64,000 bases of DNA from Oscillospiraceae bacterium (GCA_017521325.1 JAFXCV010000061.1:8332-72331), one strand, 5' to 3'; positions 36,725-45,888 are shown, counted from the stretch's first letter. The notes: a model not told the origin generated them from the letters alone. A program made the numbers and translations.

Positions 36725-38662
36725 ATGGGTTTGACTTTAACGGAAAAGATCCTGCGTGCGCACCTCGTTGACGGTGAGCCGGTCAAGGGTCAGGAAATCG
36801 GTATCCGCATCGACCAGACACTGACGCAGGATGCGACAGGTACCATGGCGTACCTCGAATTTGAGGCAATGGGTGTGCCGAGAGTGCGTACAGAGCGCAG
36901 TGTGGCATACATTGACCATAATACTCTGCAAAATGGCTTTGAGAATGCCGACGACCACCGTTTCATCGGTTCTGTAGCCAAGAAGCACGGCATTCACTTC
37001 TCCCGTCCCGGCAATGGCATCTGCCATCAGGTACATCTGGAACGCTACGGCATTCCGGGCAAGACCCTCATCGGCTCTGACAGCCACACTCCCACAGGCG
37101 GCGGTATCGGTATGATCGCCATCGGTGCAGGCGGTCTGGACGTTGCAGTTGCAATGGGCGGCGGCGCATATTATATCACCTATCCGCAGGTTGTTAAGGT
37201 AAACCTGACAGGCAAGCTCTCTCCGTGGGTTGCAGCAAAGGATGTCATCCTCGAAGTGCTGCGCAGACTGTCCGTTAAGGGCGGCGTTGGCAAGGTCATC
37301 GAATACTGCGGCGAAGGTGTCAAGACACTCTCCGTTCCGGAACGTGCAACCATCACCAACATGGGCGCAGAGCTGGGTGCAACGACTTCCATCTTCCCGT
37401 CCGATGAAATTACAAAGCAGTTCCTCGAAGCACAGGGCAGAGGCGAGGTATGGAGCGAACAGTCCGCAGATCCCGATGCTGTATACGATGAAGTGGTTGA
37501 CATTAACCTCTCCGAGCTGGTTCCCCTGGCTGCATGTCCGCACTCCCCTGACAATGTCAAGAGCTGCGAGGAAATCGGCAAGCTGAAGATTGATCAGGTC
37601 TGCATTGGTTCCTGCACCAACTCTTCTCTGCTCGATATGATGAAGGTTGCGCACATTCTCAAGGGCAAGACCGTACATCCCGACGTTTCCCTGTCCATCG
37701 CTCCCGGCTCCAAGCAGGTGCTGAATATGATGGCTGACATGGGTCTTTTGTCCATTATGATCGCAGCAGGCGCAAGAATTCTCGAATCCGCCTGCGGTCC
37801 GTGCATCGGTATGGGTCAGTCCCCGAATTCCGGCGGTATCTCTCTGCGTACCTTCAACAGAAACTTCCTCGGCAGAAGCGGAACCAAGGATGGTCAGATT
37901 TATCTGGTATCCCCGGAGCTTGCTGCAATTTCCGCAGTTACAGGCTATCTGACAGACCCCAGAGAAATCGGTGAAATGCCCGAATTCGTACTGCCTGAGA
38001 AGTTCACAGTGAATGACAATATGATCGCACTTCCTGCATCCGAGGAGGAGGCAGCAGACGTGGAGATCCTGCGTGGCCCGAACATCAAGCCCTATCCGGA
38101 GACTGCTCCGCTGGAGGCTTCCATCGAGGCACCTGTTTCCCTCAAGGTTGAGGACAACATCACAACAGACCACATCATGCCCGCAGGCGCAAAGATCCTT
38201 CCCCTGCGTTCCAACATTCCTGCAATTTCCCAGCACTGCTTCACAGTTTGTGATGAAGCTTTCCCGACTCGTGCAAAGAAACTGGGCAAGAGCATCATCG
38301 TGGGCGGCTCCAACTATGGTCAGGGCAGCTCCCGTGAGCATGCGGCTCTCGCACCGCTGTATCTGGGCATCAAGGCAGTTCTCGTGAAGTCCTTCGCAAG
38401 AATCCACCGTGCAAACCTTGTCAATGCAGGTATCCTGCCGCTGACATTTGTCAACGAAGCGGATTACGATGCAATTTCTCAGGGCGATGTTCTGGAGCTT
38501 GCTGACATCCGTGCTAAGGTAGAAGCAGGCGAAACACAGCTGACAGTCCTCAACAAGACCACCGGAAAGGAAATTCCGGTACTGTGCGAGCTGACAGGCA
38601 GAACCAAGGATATCATGCTCGCAGGCGGTCTGCTTGACTACACAAGAGAGAATCTGAAGTAA
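36725..38662 (+). CDS. acn: Aconitate hydratase (about 645-aa type)
   Basis: MGLTLTEKILRAHLV... start. Fe-S ligand Cys motifs (IGSCTNS, ACGPCIGMG). C-terminal swivel domain. ATG 36725 follows an AAAGGA RBS. Confidence 0.95.
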   Translation: MGLTLTEKILRAHLVDGEPVKGQEIGIRIDQTLTQDATGTMAYLEFEAMGVPRVRTERSVAYIDHNTLQNGFENADDHRFIGSVAKKHGIHFSRPGNGICHQVHLERYGIPGKTLIGSDSHTPTGGGIGMIAIGAGGLDVAVAMGGGAYYITYPQVVKVNLTGKLSPWVAAKDVILEVLRRLSVKGGVGKVIEYCGEGVKTLSVPERATITNMGAELGATTSIFPSDEITKQFLEAQGRGEVWSEQSADPDAVYDEVVDINLSELVPLAACPHSPDNVKSCEEIGKLKIDQVCIGSCTNSSLLDMMKVAHILKGKTVHPDVSLSIAPGSKQVLNMMADMGLLSIMIAAGARILESACGPCIGMGQSPNSGGISLRTFNRNFLGRSGTKDGQIYLVSPELAAISAVTGYLTDPREIGEMPEFVLPEKFTVNDNMIALPASEEEAADVEILRGPNIKPYPETAPLEASIEAPVSLKVEDNITTDHIMPAGAKILPLRSNIPAISQHCFTVCDEAFPTRAKKLGKSIIVGGSNYGQGSSREHAALAPLYLGIKAVLVKSFARIHRANLVNAGILPLTFVNEADYDAISQGDVLELADIRAKVEAGETQLTVLNKTTGKEIPVLCELTGRTKDIMLAGGLLDYTRENLK

Positions 38663-38696
38663 GCAAGCCTTTTCCATGATATAAAAGGTAAAGCAA

Positions 38697-38915
38697 ATGA
38701 TGTTAAGTATGTATGAATCCATGGCACGGCGCATCAGAATTCGTTCCGCTTCCGATGTCGGACTTCTGATCGTTCTGCTGGCAATCGTGATTGCTGCACA
38801 GTATTTCTTACCCAAGTATTTCACGGGCATCTCTGAAACAAAACTGAAAGTGATTATTTATGCAATTACAATCCCCATTGCTGTGGTCTGGTTCTTTTTG
38901 GTAGACTCACAGTAA
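38697..38915 (+). CDS. Small membrane protein (72 aa, two TMs), paralog A
   Basis: MMLSMYESMARRIRIRSASDVGLLIVLLAIVIAAQYF... RBS AAAAGGTAAAG. It has a paralog at 38984. Confidence 0.5.
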   Translation: MMLSMYESMARRIRIRSASDVGLLIVLLAIVIAAQYFLPKYFTGISETKLKVIIYAITIPIAVVWFFLVDSQ

Positions 38916-38948
38916 CAATCAATTTCTAAAATTACAGAGGTAATTCCC

Positions 38949-38984
38949 ATGGCTGATAAAATCACAGGAGAGAATCTGAAGTAA
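38949..38984 (+). other. Hybrid mini-ORF MADKITGENLK: icd RBS and codons 1-5 fused in frame to the last 6 codons and stop of acn; its stop overlaps the next ATG (TAATG)
   Basis: agaggtaattcccATGGCTGATAAAATC matches the icd start (39233-39260). ACAGGAGAGAATCTGAAGTAA matches the acn 3' end (38642-38662). Confidence 0.6.
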
Positions 38985-39220
38985 TGATGCATACGATCGA
39001 CTTTCTCATGCGGCGGTACAGTAGAAGCCGCATAGATTCGCCGGAAGAACTTGGCTGCCTGATTGTGAGTCTTGCAGTGGTATTTGCGGCGCAGTATTTC
39101 ATTAAAAAATTCTATCCGGATGTATCGGAAGCACTGCTGAAAGCGATCTCCTACGGCATCATCTTCGTGATCGTCATCATCTGGGTTTTTGTCGTTCCGC
39201 AAGGGACAAGCAATTCATAA
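38984..39220 (+). CDS. Small membrane protein (78 aa, two TMs), paralog B
   Basis: [39 protein letters not shown]... shares the AAQYF core and topology with the 72-aa ORF. It has no RBS of its own; the start is coupled to the mini-ORF stop. Confidence 0.5.
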   Translation: MMHTIDFLMRRYSRSRIDSPEELGCLIVSLAVVFAAQYFIKKFYPDVSEALLKAISYGIIFVIVIIWVFVVPQGTSNS

Positions 39221-39245
39221 ATTCAATCAACAGGAGGTAATTCCC

Positions 39246-40460
39246 ATGGCAGATAAAATCAAAATGACCACTCCCCTCGTCGAAATGGATGGCGACGAGA
39301 TGACCAGAATTCTCTGGCAGTGGATTAAGGACATCCTCATCACTCCTTATGTGGAGCTGAATACAGAGTACTATGACCTGGGTCTGGAATATCGTGAAAA
39401 GACCAAGGATCAGGTAACCTTCGACAGCGCAGAGGCTACCAAGAAGTACGGCGTTGCAGTAAAGTGCGCAACCATCACACCCAACGCTGCAAGAATGCCC
39501 GAATACAACCTCTCCCAGATGTGGAAGTCCCCGAACGGCACGATCCGTGCAATTCTGGACGGTACCGTATTCCGTACACCCATTCTCGTAAAGGGTATCA
39601 CGCCCTACATTCCCACATGGACACAGCCGATCACCATCGCTCGTCATGCATACGGCGATGTTTATAAGAACACCGAGATGCAGGTAAAGGGCGGCGGCAA
39701 GGCGGAACTCGTTTTCACCGACAAGGACGGCAACGAAACACGCCAGCTCATCCATGAATTCACAGGCGACGGCATCATTCAGGGTCTGCACAACATTGAC
39801 AATTCCATCGCAGGCTTTGCAAGAGCATGCTTCAACTACGGTCTGGATCTGAAGCAGGATGTATGGTTTGCAACAAAGGATACCATTTCCAAGCAGTATG
39901 ACCACCGCTTCAAGGACATTTTCCAGGAAGTATTCGACGCAGAGTACAAGGAAAAGTTTGAGGCTGCAGGTATTGAATATTTCTACACACTGATCGACGA
40001 CGCAGTGGCTCGTGTCATCCGTTCCAACGGCGGCTACATCTGGGCTTGCAAGAACTATGACGGCGACGTTATGTCCGACATGGTTTCCACCGCTTACGGC
40101 TCTCTGGCAATGATGACTTCCGTTCTGGTATCTCCCGACGGCATCTATGAGTACGAGGCTGCACACGGCACGGTGCAGCGTCACTACTACAAGCACCTCA
40201 AGGGTGAGGAAACCTCCACAAACTCCGTAGCTACCATCTTTGCATGGAGCGGCGCACTGCGCAAGCGTGGTGAGCTGGACAATATTCCGGCACTATGCGA
40301 TTATGCGGACAAGCTGGAGAAGGCAACAATTCAGACCATTGAAGACGGCGTGATGACGGGTGACCTGTACCTGCTGTCCTCTCTGGAGAACAAGAAGAAG
40401 GTAAATTCCAAGGAATTCCTGGAAGAAATCAACGTTCGCCTCGCCGCTTTGATGCAGTAA
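39246..40460 (+). CDS. icd: NADP-dependent isocitrate dehydrogenase (IDH1-like subfamily II)
   Basis: [22 protein letters not shown]... and CATITPN motifs; 404 aa. RBS AGGAGG. Confidence 0.95.
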   Translation: MADKIKMTTPLVEMDGDEMTRILWQWIKDILITPYVELNTEYYDLGLEYREKTKDQVTFDSAEATKKYGVAVKCATITPNAARMPEYNLSQMWKSPNGTIRAILDGTVFRTPILVKGITPYIPTWTQPITIARHAYGDVYKNTEMQVKGGGKAELVFTDKDGNETRQLIHEFTGDGIIQGLHNIDNSIAGFARACFNYGLDLKQDVWFATKDTISKQYDHRFKDIFQEVFDAEYKEKFEAAGIEYFYTLIDDAVARVIRSNGGYIWACKNYDGDVMSDMVSTAYGSLAMMTSVLVSPDGIYEYEAAHGTVQRHYYKHLKGEETSTNSVATIFAWSGALRKRGELDNIPALCDYADKLEKATIQTIEDGVMTGDLYLLSSLENKKKVNSKEFLEEINVRLAALMQ

Positions 40461-40470
40461 GGAGCATATC

Positions 40471-41124
40471 ATGGCCAAACAGGCAATTTCAACGCCGGTA
40501 ATCCGTCGTTTGCCACGTTATTACCGCTTTCTGGGTGAGCTGGAGCAGGAGGATATGGAACGCATTTCCTCCAAGGAGCTGGCACGCCGCATGGGGCTTT
40601 CTGCTTCCCAGATCCGTCAGGATTTCAACTGCTTCGGCGGTTTCGGGCAGCAGGGTTACGGCTATAATATCAGTGAGCTGCGTGAGAAAATCGGCATGAT
40701 CCTCGGTGTGAACGAACGCACGGGCGTGATTCTCATCGGTGCCGGCAATCTCGGCAAGGCGATTGCAACGCATCTTGATTTTCAGAAGCGTGGCTGTGAG
40801 CTGATTGGAATTTTCGACAGTAATCCCGACCTGCACGGCGTCAACACCGCAGGACTTCCCATCCTCCCGATGGAGGAACTGTCCGCTTTCTGCCGGAAAC
40901 ACAAACCGCAGGTTGCAGTACTGACCATCCCCAAGGGTGCTGCGCAGGAGCTGGCTGACCAACTGATTTCACTTGGAATCTGCGGATTCTGGAATTTCAG
41001 TCACTTTGATCTGCGTATCAACAATCCGCAGATCATTGTGGAAAACGTCCATCTCGGTGACAGTCTAATGACGCTTGCATACTGCATGCACCGTGGCGAA
41101 GGCTGCGATACTTCCGACGAATAA
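40471..41124 (+). CDS. rex: Redox-sensing transcriptional repressor Rex
   Basis: IRRLPRYYRFL, SSKELA...SQIRQDF..FG..GYGY and the Rossmann motif GAGNLGKA. Confidence 0.95.
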   Translation: MAKQAISTPVIRRLPRYYRFLGELEQEDMERISSKELARRMGLSASQIRQDFNCFGGFGQQGYGYNISELREKIGMILGVNERTGVILIGAGNLGKAIATHLDFQKRGCELIGIFDSNPDLHGVNTAGLPILPMEELSAFCRKHKPQVAVLTIPKGAAQELADQLISLGICGFWNFSHFDLRINNPQIIVENVHLGDSLMTLAYCMHRGEGCDTSDE

Positions 41125-41128
41125 CATT

Positions 41129-41158
41129 AAGCCCATTCCAATCGGAATGGGCTTTTCT
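41129..41158 (+). terminator. Intrinsic terminator after rex
   Basis: AAGCCCATTCC-aatc-GGAATGGGCTT plus TTCTC. Confidence 0.75.
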
Positions 41159-41252
41159 CATGCCTTCTATCTTTCGATATATAAAAGTAATCCCCCTGCT
41201 TTCGCAGGGGGAATTTTTACTTTTTAGGGCTTTCGTCCTTTAGGAGAGGGAA

Positions 41253-42086
41253 TTAGTCTTCCTTCTTCTTAGCAACGATAGCAACGCCACCCAGGATAGC
41301 TGCTGCAGCTGCTACTCCTACGATCGGCAGAACGTCAGTTGTGCCTGTTGCAGGAGAACCAGTGCCAGGAGTTGTGGATGTAGCTGTGCCTGTGCCTGTT
41401 GTTGTAGTTGTTGTAGTTGTCTCAGAAGACTCAGTTGTTGTAGTTGTCTCAGACTCAGTTGTAGTTGTCTCAGACTCAGTTGTAGTTGTCTCAGACTCAG
41501 TTGTTGTAGTGGTTTCCTCAGTTGTTGTTGTAGCCTCTGTTGTCGGAACACCAGTAATCTTGATCCAGCCATCTACAGCATCAGCAGAGCCAGCAGCAAC
41601 ATAGTCAGCCTTAGTGGTTGTATCGCCCCAGATGTGCTTCTTGCCTTCCTGGTCCTGAGCTGCGTATGTGATGTCGAACTGATCGCCAACAGCAGCTGTC
41701 TCCGGAACCTTTACAACGATACCGCAGATGATCATGTCGGACTTCTTGTATGTTCTTGCGTTAGCGCCGTTTACCCAAGCGAACTCAGCGTCGCTGCTCT
41801 TAGCAGCTTCAACAGCCATCATAACTTCCTGAACATCCATATCAACTGTGAAAGAGCAGCCTTCTTCAACGCCTACGCCAAATGCGAATGCATTGATACC
41901 AGCGTTCTCTGTCAGAACGATGTTGATCGGTACTTCATAGTTCATAGCCTTCAGTTCGTCCAGATCAATCTCAACCTGATCGATCTCAACTGTTGCGCCT
42001 TCTGCGGATGCGGAAGCAGGAATAGCTGCTGCGCATGCAACCAGAGACATTGCAGCAACTGCTGCCATAATCTTCTTAAAATTCAT
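41253..42086 (-). CDS. Cell-wall-anchored single-cohesin protein (ScaE-like anchoring scaffoldin)
   Basis: ATG 42086 (RBS AAAGGA). Signal peptide MNFKKIMAAVAAMSLVACAAAIPASA. A cohesin-like module of about 150 aa. A (TESETTT)n Thr-rich linker. A sorting-signal-like C-terminus: SPATG, then a hydrophobic stretch, then KKKED. Confidence 0.75.
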   Translation of the reverse strand: MNFKKIMAAVAAMSLVACAAAIPASASAEGATVEIDQVEIDLDELKAMNYEVPINIVLTENAGINAFAFGVGVEEGCSFTVDMDVQEVMMAVEAAKSSDAEFAWVNGANARTYKKSDMIICGIVVKVPETAAVGDQFDITYAAQDQEGKKHIWGDTTTKADYVAAGSADAVDGWIKITGVPTTEATTTTEETTTTTESETTTTESETTTTESETTTTTESSETTTTTTTTGTGTATSTTPGTGSPATGTTDVLPIVGVAAAAAILGGVAIVAKKKED

Positions 42087-42163
42087 GATTGTATTTTCCT
42101 TTCGATTAATTTTTATCTGCATGTGCCGTGTCAAGTGCACGGCACATTACATTCGGTTAGTGA

Positions 42164-44059
42164 TTATTCCTCTGTGGAACCCATTACTTCGCCCCAGATT
42201 GTTGCATCGGACTTGCCGGGGTTTGCACCCTTTTCTGCTGCAAACTGGAGGATACCTGCTGCATCAAGTGCATTCAGGTCAGAACCATCCTCGCCGCAAT
42301 CTCTGGACTCGCCAAATACGTCAGCCAGGAAGTATGCCAGTGTTTCGAGGCCTGCATTCTCATCGGAGTACAGGGAAACATCTTCGCCTGCACCTCTTGC
42401 AGCTGCATAAACGAGAACCTTAGCAGCGTCGATTGCATTTGCTTCGCTGTCGAGGTCTGCGTCACCCTTCACGCCTACGAAGATTGCTACATCAGCCTCT
42501 TCTACCAGCTCAGGCTCATGACCTACGGGTGTGTAGTATACATACAGAGATGTTGCTACATATGCAGTGCCTGTTTCCTCAAAGATCATTGCAGGTGTCA
42601 GGCCTTCAATCGGACCATTTTCATCCAGACCAAAGGAGATCTGAGACATTACATCATACTCATTCTCGTCAACAACGAGCTTTGCAGACTCTACCAGCTC
42701 TTCAGCTGCCAGAGGTGTTTCATCGTGAGAGAAGAAGTAGTTCACACCATCAGAAACTACTACAACGTCCAGACCGGGCTCATCCGTGGGAGGCTGTGTA
42801 GGATCAGTCTCAGTGGGATCAGTCTCAGTGGGATCTGTCTCTGTAGGATCTGTCTCAGTGGGATCTGTCTCTGTAGGATCAGTCTCAGTGGGATCTGTCT
42901 CTGTAGGATCAGTCTCAGTGGGATCTGTCTCAGTAGGATCTGTCTCAGTGGGATCTGTCTCAGTAGGATCTGTCTCAGTGGGATCTGTCTCTGTCGGCTC
43001 TTCTTCCTTAACAGTGTAAGTGATCACTCTCTTGATGTCAAGCTTGCCGGAACCGGAGAAGGTGTTGATGTCGCCCTTTGCGCTTGCATCAATTACCTTT
43101 ACAACGCTGAACTCTACGATCTCATAATCGTTAGCAGCTTCCTTCTCTTCGAAGTAAGCTCTCAGTTCTTCAACGTTAGCCTCGTCAGCCAGTGTGCCGC
43201 TTGCTGTAGCTGTGCCTGCACCGCCTGCAACGGAAGCATCTACTGCGATCTCAATGATATCATCAGCAACTGCTGCCAGATCGTCAGTTGTAACATCAAC
43301 ATTGATCTTGCCATCAGTTGTGTCAGCAACCAGAGTGATTGCCTTTGCCAGAACCTTGGCAACAACTGCCTTGTCCAGCACTTCAGCTACTGTACCGGGA
43401 ACCTTATCAACGTACTTGTTGTCTGCAAATTCTTCCTTGAACTGAGCAAGGATCTCATCGCAGGTGCCGGAATAAGCAACGGACTTTTCTACTTCCTTAG
43501 CCTTTTCAATTGCCTTCAGAGCCTTTTCAGGAAGCTCTGTGTCAATCAGCTCTACCTGGAACGGAACCTCTGTAGAAGCTGCCAGATCGCCTGTCTTAGC
43601 AGTGATCTTTACTGTGCCTGCTGTTGCAGGAATCTTGCCGTTCTCAGAACCTGCATAGTCGCCCTTAATGGTAACTACGACTGCATCTGCACTGATTTCT
43701 GCCTCTGCAGAACCAGAAAGAATCAGCTCTCTTACAAGCTTTGCATAGTCAGAATCGCCCTTTACGGACTCTGCCAGTGCGTTTACGTCAAGTGCAATTG
43801 TCTTGCCAGCCAGGGAGTTTACAGCGTTGTACATTGTAACATTCCACAGGGATGTCTGCTCCCAAACTCGTGTGGTTCCGTCATCGGACACGAGCTTTGC
43901 ATAATCTCCATCAGTAGGAACGTTCATGAATGTATCAACTGTCAGTGTTGTAGAAGCCTGTGCATCTTCAGCAAAAGCCACAGCAAACACTGTTTGTGTC
44001 AGAGCAACCGGTACTGCAATTGCAGCAGCCATCGCTCTTTTCAGGAATGACTTCTTCAT
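42164..44059 (-). CDS. Secreted surface protein with (PTETD)n linker and C-terminal X-module plus atypical dockerin (XDoc; CttA/ScaB-like)
   Basis: Signal peptide MKKSFLKRAMAAAIAVPVALTQTVFAVAFA. 13-14 PTETD repeats. The dockerin has an insert: GDADLDSEANAIDAAKVLVYAA...CGEDGSDLNALDAAGILQFAA. Confidence 0.8.
   Translation of the reverse strand: MKKSFLKRAMAAAIAVPVALTQTVFAVAFAEDAQASTTLTVDTFMNVPTDGDYAKLVSDDGTTRVWEQTSLWNVTMYNAVNSLAGKTIALDVNALAESVKGDSDYAKLVRELILSGSAEAEISADAVVVTIKGDYAGSENGKIPATAGTVKITAKTGDLAASTEVPFQVELIDTELPEKALKAIEKAKEVEKSVAYSGTCDEILAQFKEEFADNKYVDKVPGTVAEVLDKAVVAKVLAKAITLVADTTDGKINVDVTTDDLAAVADDIIEIAVDASVAGGAGTATASGTLADEANVEELRAYFEEKEAANDYEIVEFSVVKVIDASAKGDINTFSGSGKLDIKRVITYTVKEEEPTETDPTETDPTETDPTETDPTETDPTETDPTETDPTETDPTETDPTETDPTETDPTETDPTETDPTQPPTDEPGLDVVVVSDGVNYFFSHDETPLAAEELVESAKLVVDENEYDVMSQISFGLDENGPIEGLTPAMIFEETGTAYVATSLYVYYTPVGHEPELVEEADVAIFVGVKGDADLDSEANAIDAAKVLVYAAARGAGEDVSLYSDENAGLETLAYFLADVFGESRDCGEDGSDLNALDAAGILQFAAEKGANPGKSDATIWGEVMGSTEE
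42798..42992 (-). repeat. 13 tandem 15-bp coding repeats (PTETD linker)
   Basis: gt[ag]ggatc[at]gtctc[at] iterated 13 times, in frame within the XDoc gene. Confidence 0.95.
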
Positions 44060-44365
44060 GTTCGATTACCTCTCTCTACATTTAATGTATTATTTTTTTA
44101 CGCCGGAACCGCTCGCTTTCGCTCATACAAACTGCCTTATATGTAATTGCAATTCCTTTGTTTCCTAAACATTTCAGCGGCAAAAAGGCGCTAAAACGTT
44201 TTATATCATATATTTTATCACATTATTTCCGGATTGTCAAGACGACTTTCCCTTTTTCTTTTAAAATATTGCATGAACATTCTTCCACTTTTTATGTGAT
44301 TTGCACAAAGAAGATAGAATTTTTACCCAATCAGAGGCGTACGTTGCCTATTATGCACAATCTTT

Positions 44366-44410
44366 TTCGCAAAAACAATGCGGACAGGCTTGTTTTTTCT
44401 GTCCGCATCA
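44366..44410 (-). terminator. Intrinsic terminator of htrA
   Basis: On the minus strand, ATGCGGACAG...CTGTCCGCAT followed by TGTTTTTGCG. Confidence 0.75.
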
Positions 44411-44451
44411 TTATACTGTCGGGATATTTTTCGTCAAATGTTACAAAGGCA

Positions 44452-45888
44452 TCATTTCTGCACCTTGACCTCCTGAAGAATGAGGTCAATTTTCAGTTCC
44501 TCGCCTGCTCTGTAAATCTTGAGGGTAATGGTATCGCCTGCATTGTACTCTTCCTTGACCTTGTTCAGTTCATCCGTCGTTGTGACTGCGACGCCCTGAA
44601 TCTCGGTGATGATATCGCCCTGACGCAGTCCTGCAAGCTCGGCTGCACTGCCGGGGGTGACGGAAACGACATACACGCCCTCAGGCCAGCCGAAACGCTG
44701 TGCAGCTTCTGCTCCGACGTCGGAACTCATGATGCCAAGCTGGGGTCTGCCTGCCACATAGCCGTAGTTGATGAGGTCGTCAATGATCTTGGTTGCGTCG
44801 GTGATCGGAATTGCAAACGCCAGACCTTCAACGGACGCTGCGGAAGAGGAGTAATTGGAGGAAATCTTTGCGGAATTGATACCGATCACCTGACCGTAGC
44901 AATTGAGCAGAGGACCGCCGGAGTTGCCGCTGTTGATGGAGGTGTCGGTCTGGATGAGTGTCATATCCTGCTCGTTGATTGTCACCTCACGGTTGAGGGC
45001 GGACACGATGCCGCAGGTAGTAGTGCCGAACAGCTCAAAGCCGAGGGGATTGCCGATGGCAACCACAAGCTCGCCCACACGCAGCTTATCACTGTCGCCG
45101 AATTCTGCAGGAACGAGGTTTTCTGCATCAATTTTCAGCACGGCAAGATCGGTTTCGAGGTCGTAGCCGACGATCTCCGCTTCGTATTCCGTAGAATCTT
45201 CATCGCCCATCACAACGCTGACCTTGACAGCCTTGCCGCTGCCGCTTTGCGCATCACTGTCATAAATACAGTGGGCGTTGGTGATAATAAAGCCATCCTC
45301 ATTCAGAACAATGCCCGTACCCGTACCGGGAATCTGCTGGGTGGGACCTTCGTACTGATAGAAGCCCCAGCTGTATTTCTCGGTACGCTCAAAAATCGCA
45401 CTGATACCGACAACGGAGGGCAGCGCCTTATCCACGATATCGGGGATGCTCAGTGCATCCTCGGCTGCCGCCATGCTGATCCAGCTTGCACCGGAATTTC
45501 CGGAGGGCTTTGCCTGTTCAGAATCATCGCCCTTCTGTTCTTCCGCATCATCCTTTTTCTGCTCCGTCACAGAAGTATTGGCAGCGCTGCTTTTATTGCC
45601 GTCCAAATCTGTCTTGGTTCCGAAAAGCTTGTACAGCTCAATGGAAGAAACAGACACAATGGCAAGTGCCGCAAGACCTGCGACAATTTTCAGGAAGATT
45701 TTTCCGCCGCCGCTTTTTTTCGGCTGCTCGTTGGGGTCGGAATAATAATTGACATAGCTTGCAGTGCTGTTCTGGTTCGGGAAGCCTGTGTTGGCATTAT
45801 TTTCCGGATTCTGCTCACTCTGGTAATACGCACCGTAGTTCACGGGATTGGTATCAGGATTCTGTCTGTTTTCGTTCTGATCAAACAT
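44452..45888 (-). CDS. htrA: HtrA/DegP-family serine protease (S1C) with N-terminal Q/N-rich region, TM and C-terminal PDZ
   Basis: Catalytic triad context ITNAHCI / DLAVLKID / GNSGGPLLN. PDZ domain (GVYVVSVTPGSAAELAGLRQGDIITEI). Confidence 0.9.
   Translation of the reverse strand: MFDQNENRQNPDTNPVNYGAYYQSEQNPENNANTGFPNQNSTASYVNYYSDPNEQPKKSGGGKIFLKIVAGLAALAIVSVSSIELYKLFGTKTDLDGNKSSAANTSVTEQKKDDAEEQKGDDSEQAKPSGNSGASWISMAAAEDALSIPDIVDKALPSVVGISAIFERTEKYSWGFYQYEGPTQQIPGTGTGIVLNEDGFIITNAHCIYDSDAQSGSGKAVKVSVVMGDEDSTEYEAEIVGYDLETDLAVLKIDAENLVPAEFGDSDKLRVGELVVAIGNPLGFELFGTTTCGIVSALNREVTINEQDMTLIQTDTSINSGNSGGPLLNCYGQVIGINSAKISSNYSSSAASVEGLAFAIPITDATKIIDDLINYGYVAGRPQLGIMSSDVGAEAAQRFGWPEGVYVVSVTPGSAAELAGLRQGDIITEIQGVAVTTTDELNKVKEEYNAGDTITLKIYRAGEELKIDLILQEVKVQK

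Noticed and set aside
36737-40196. Minus-strand ORFs 36737-38830 (697 aa) and 39177-40196 (339 aa)
   Set aside because: Antisense to aconitase and isocitrate dehydrogenase.
42786-43019. 77-aa plus-strand ORF made of GSVSV repeats
   Set aside because: It is the antisense reading of the PTETD coding repeat in the XDoc gene.
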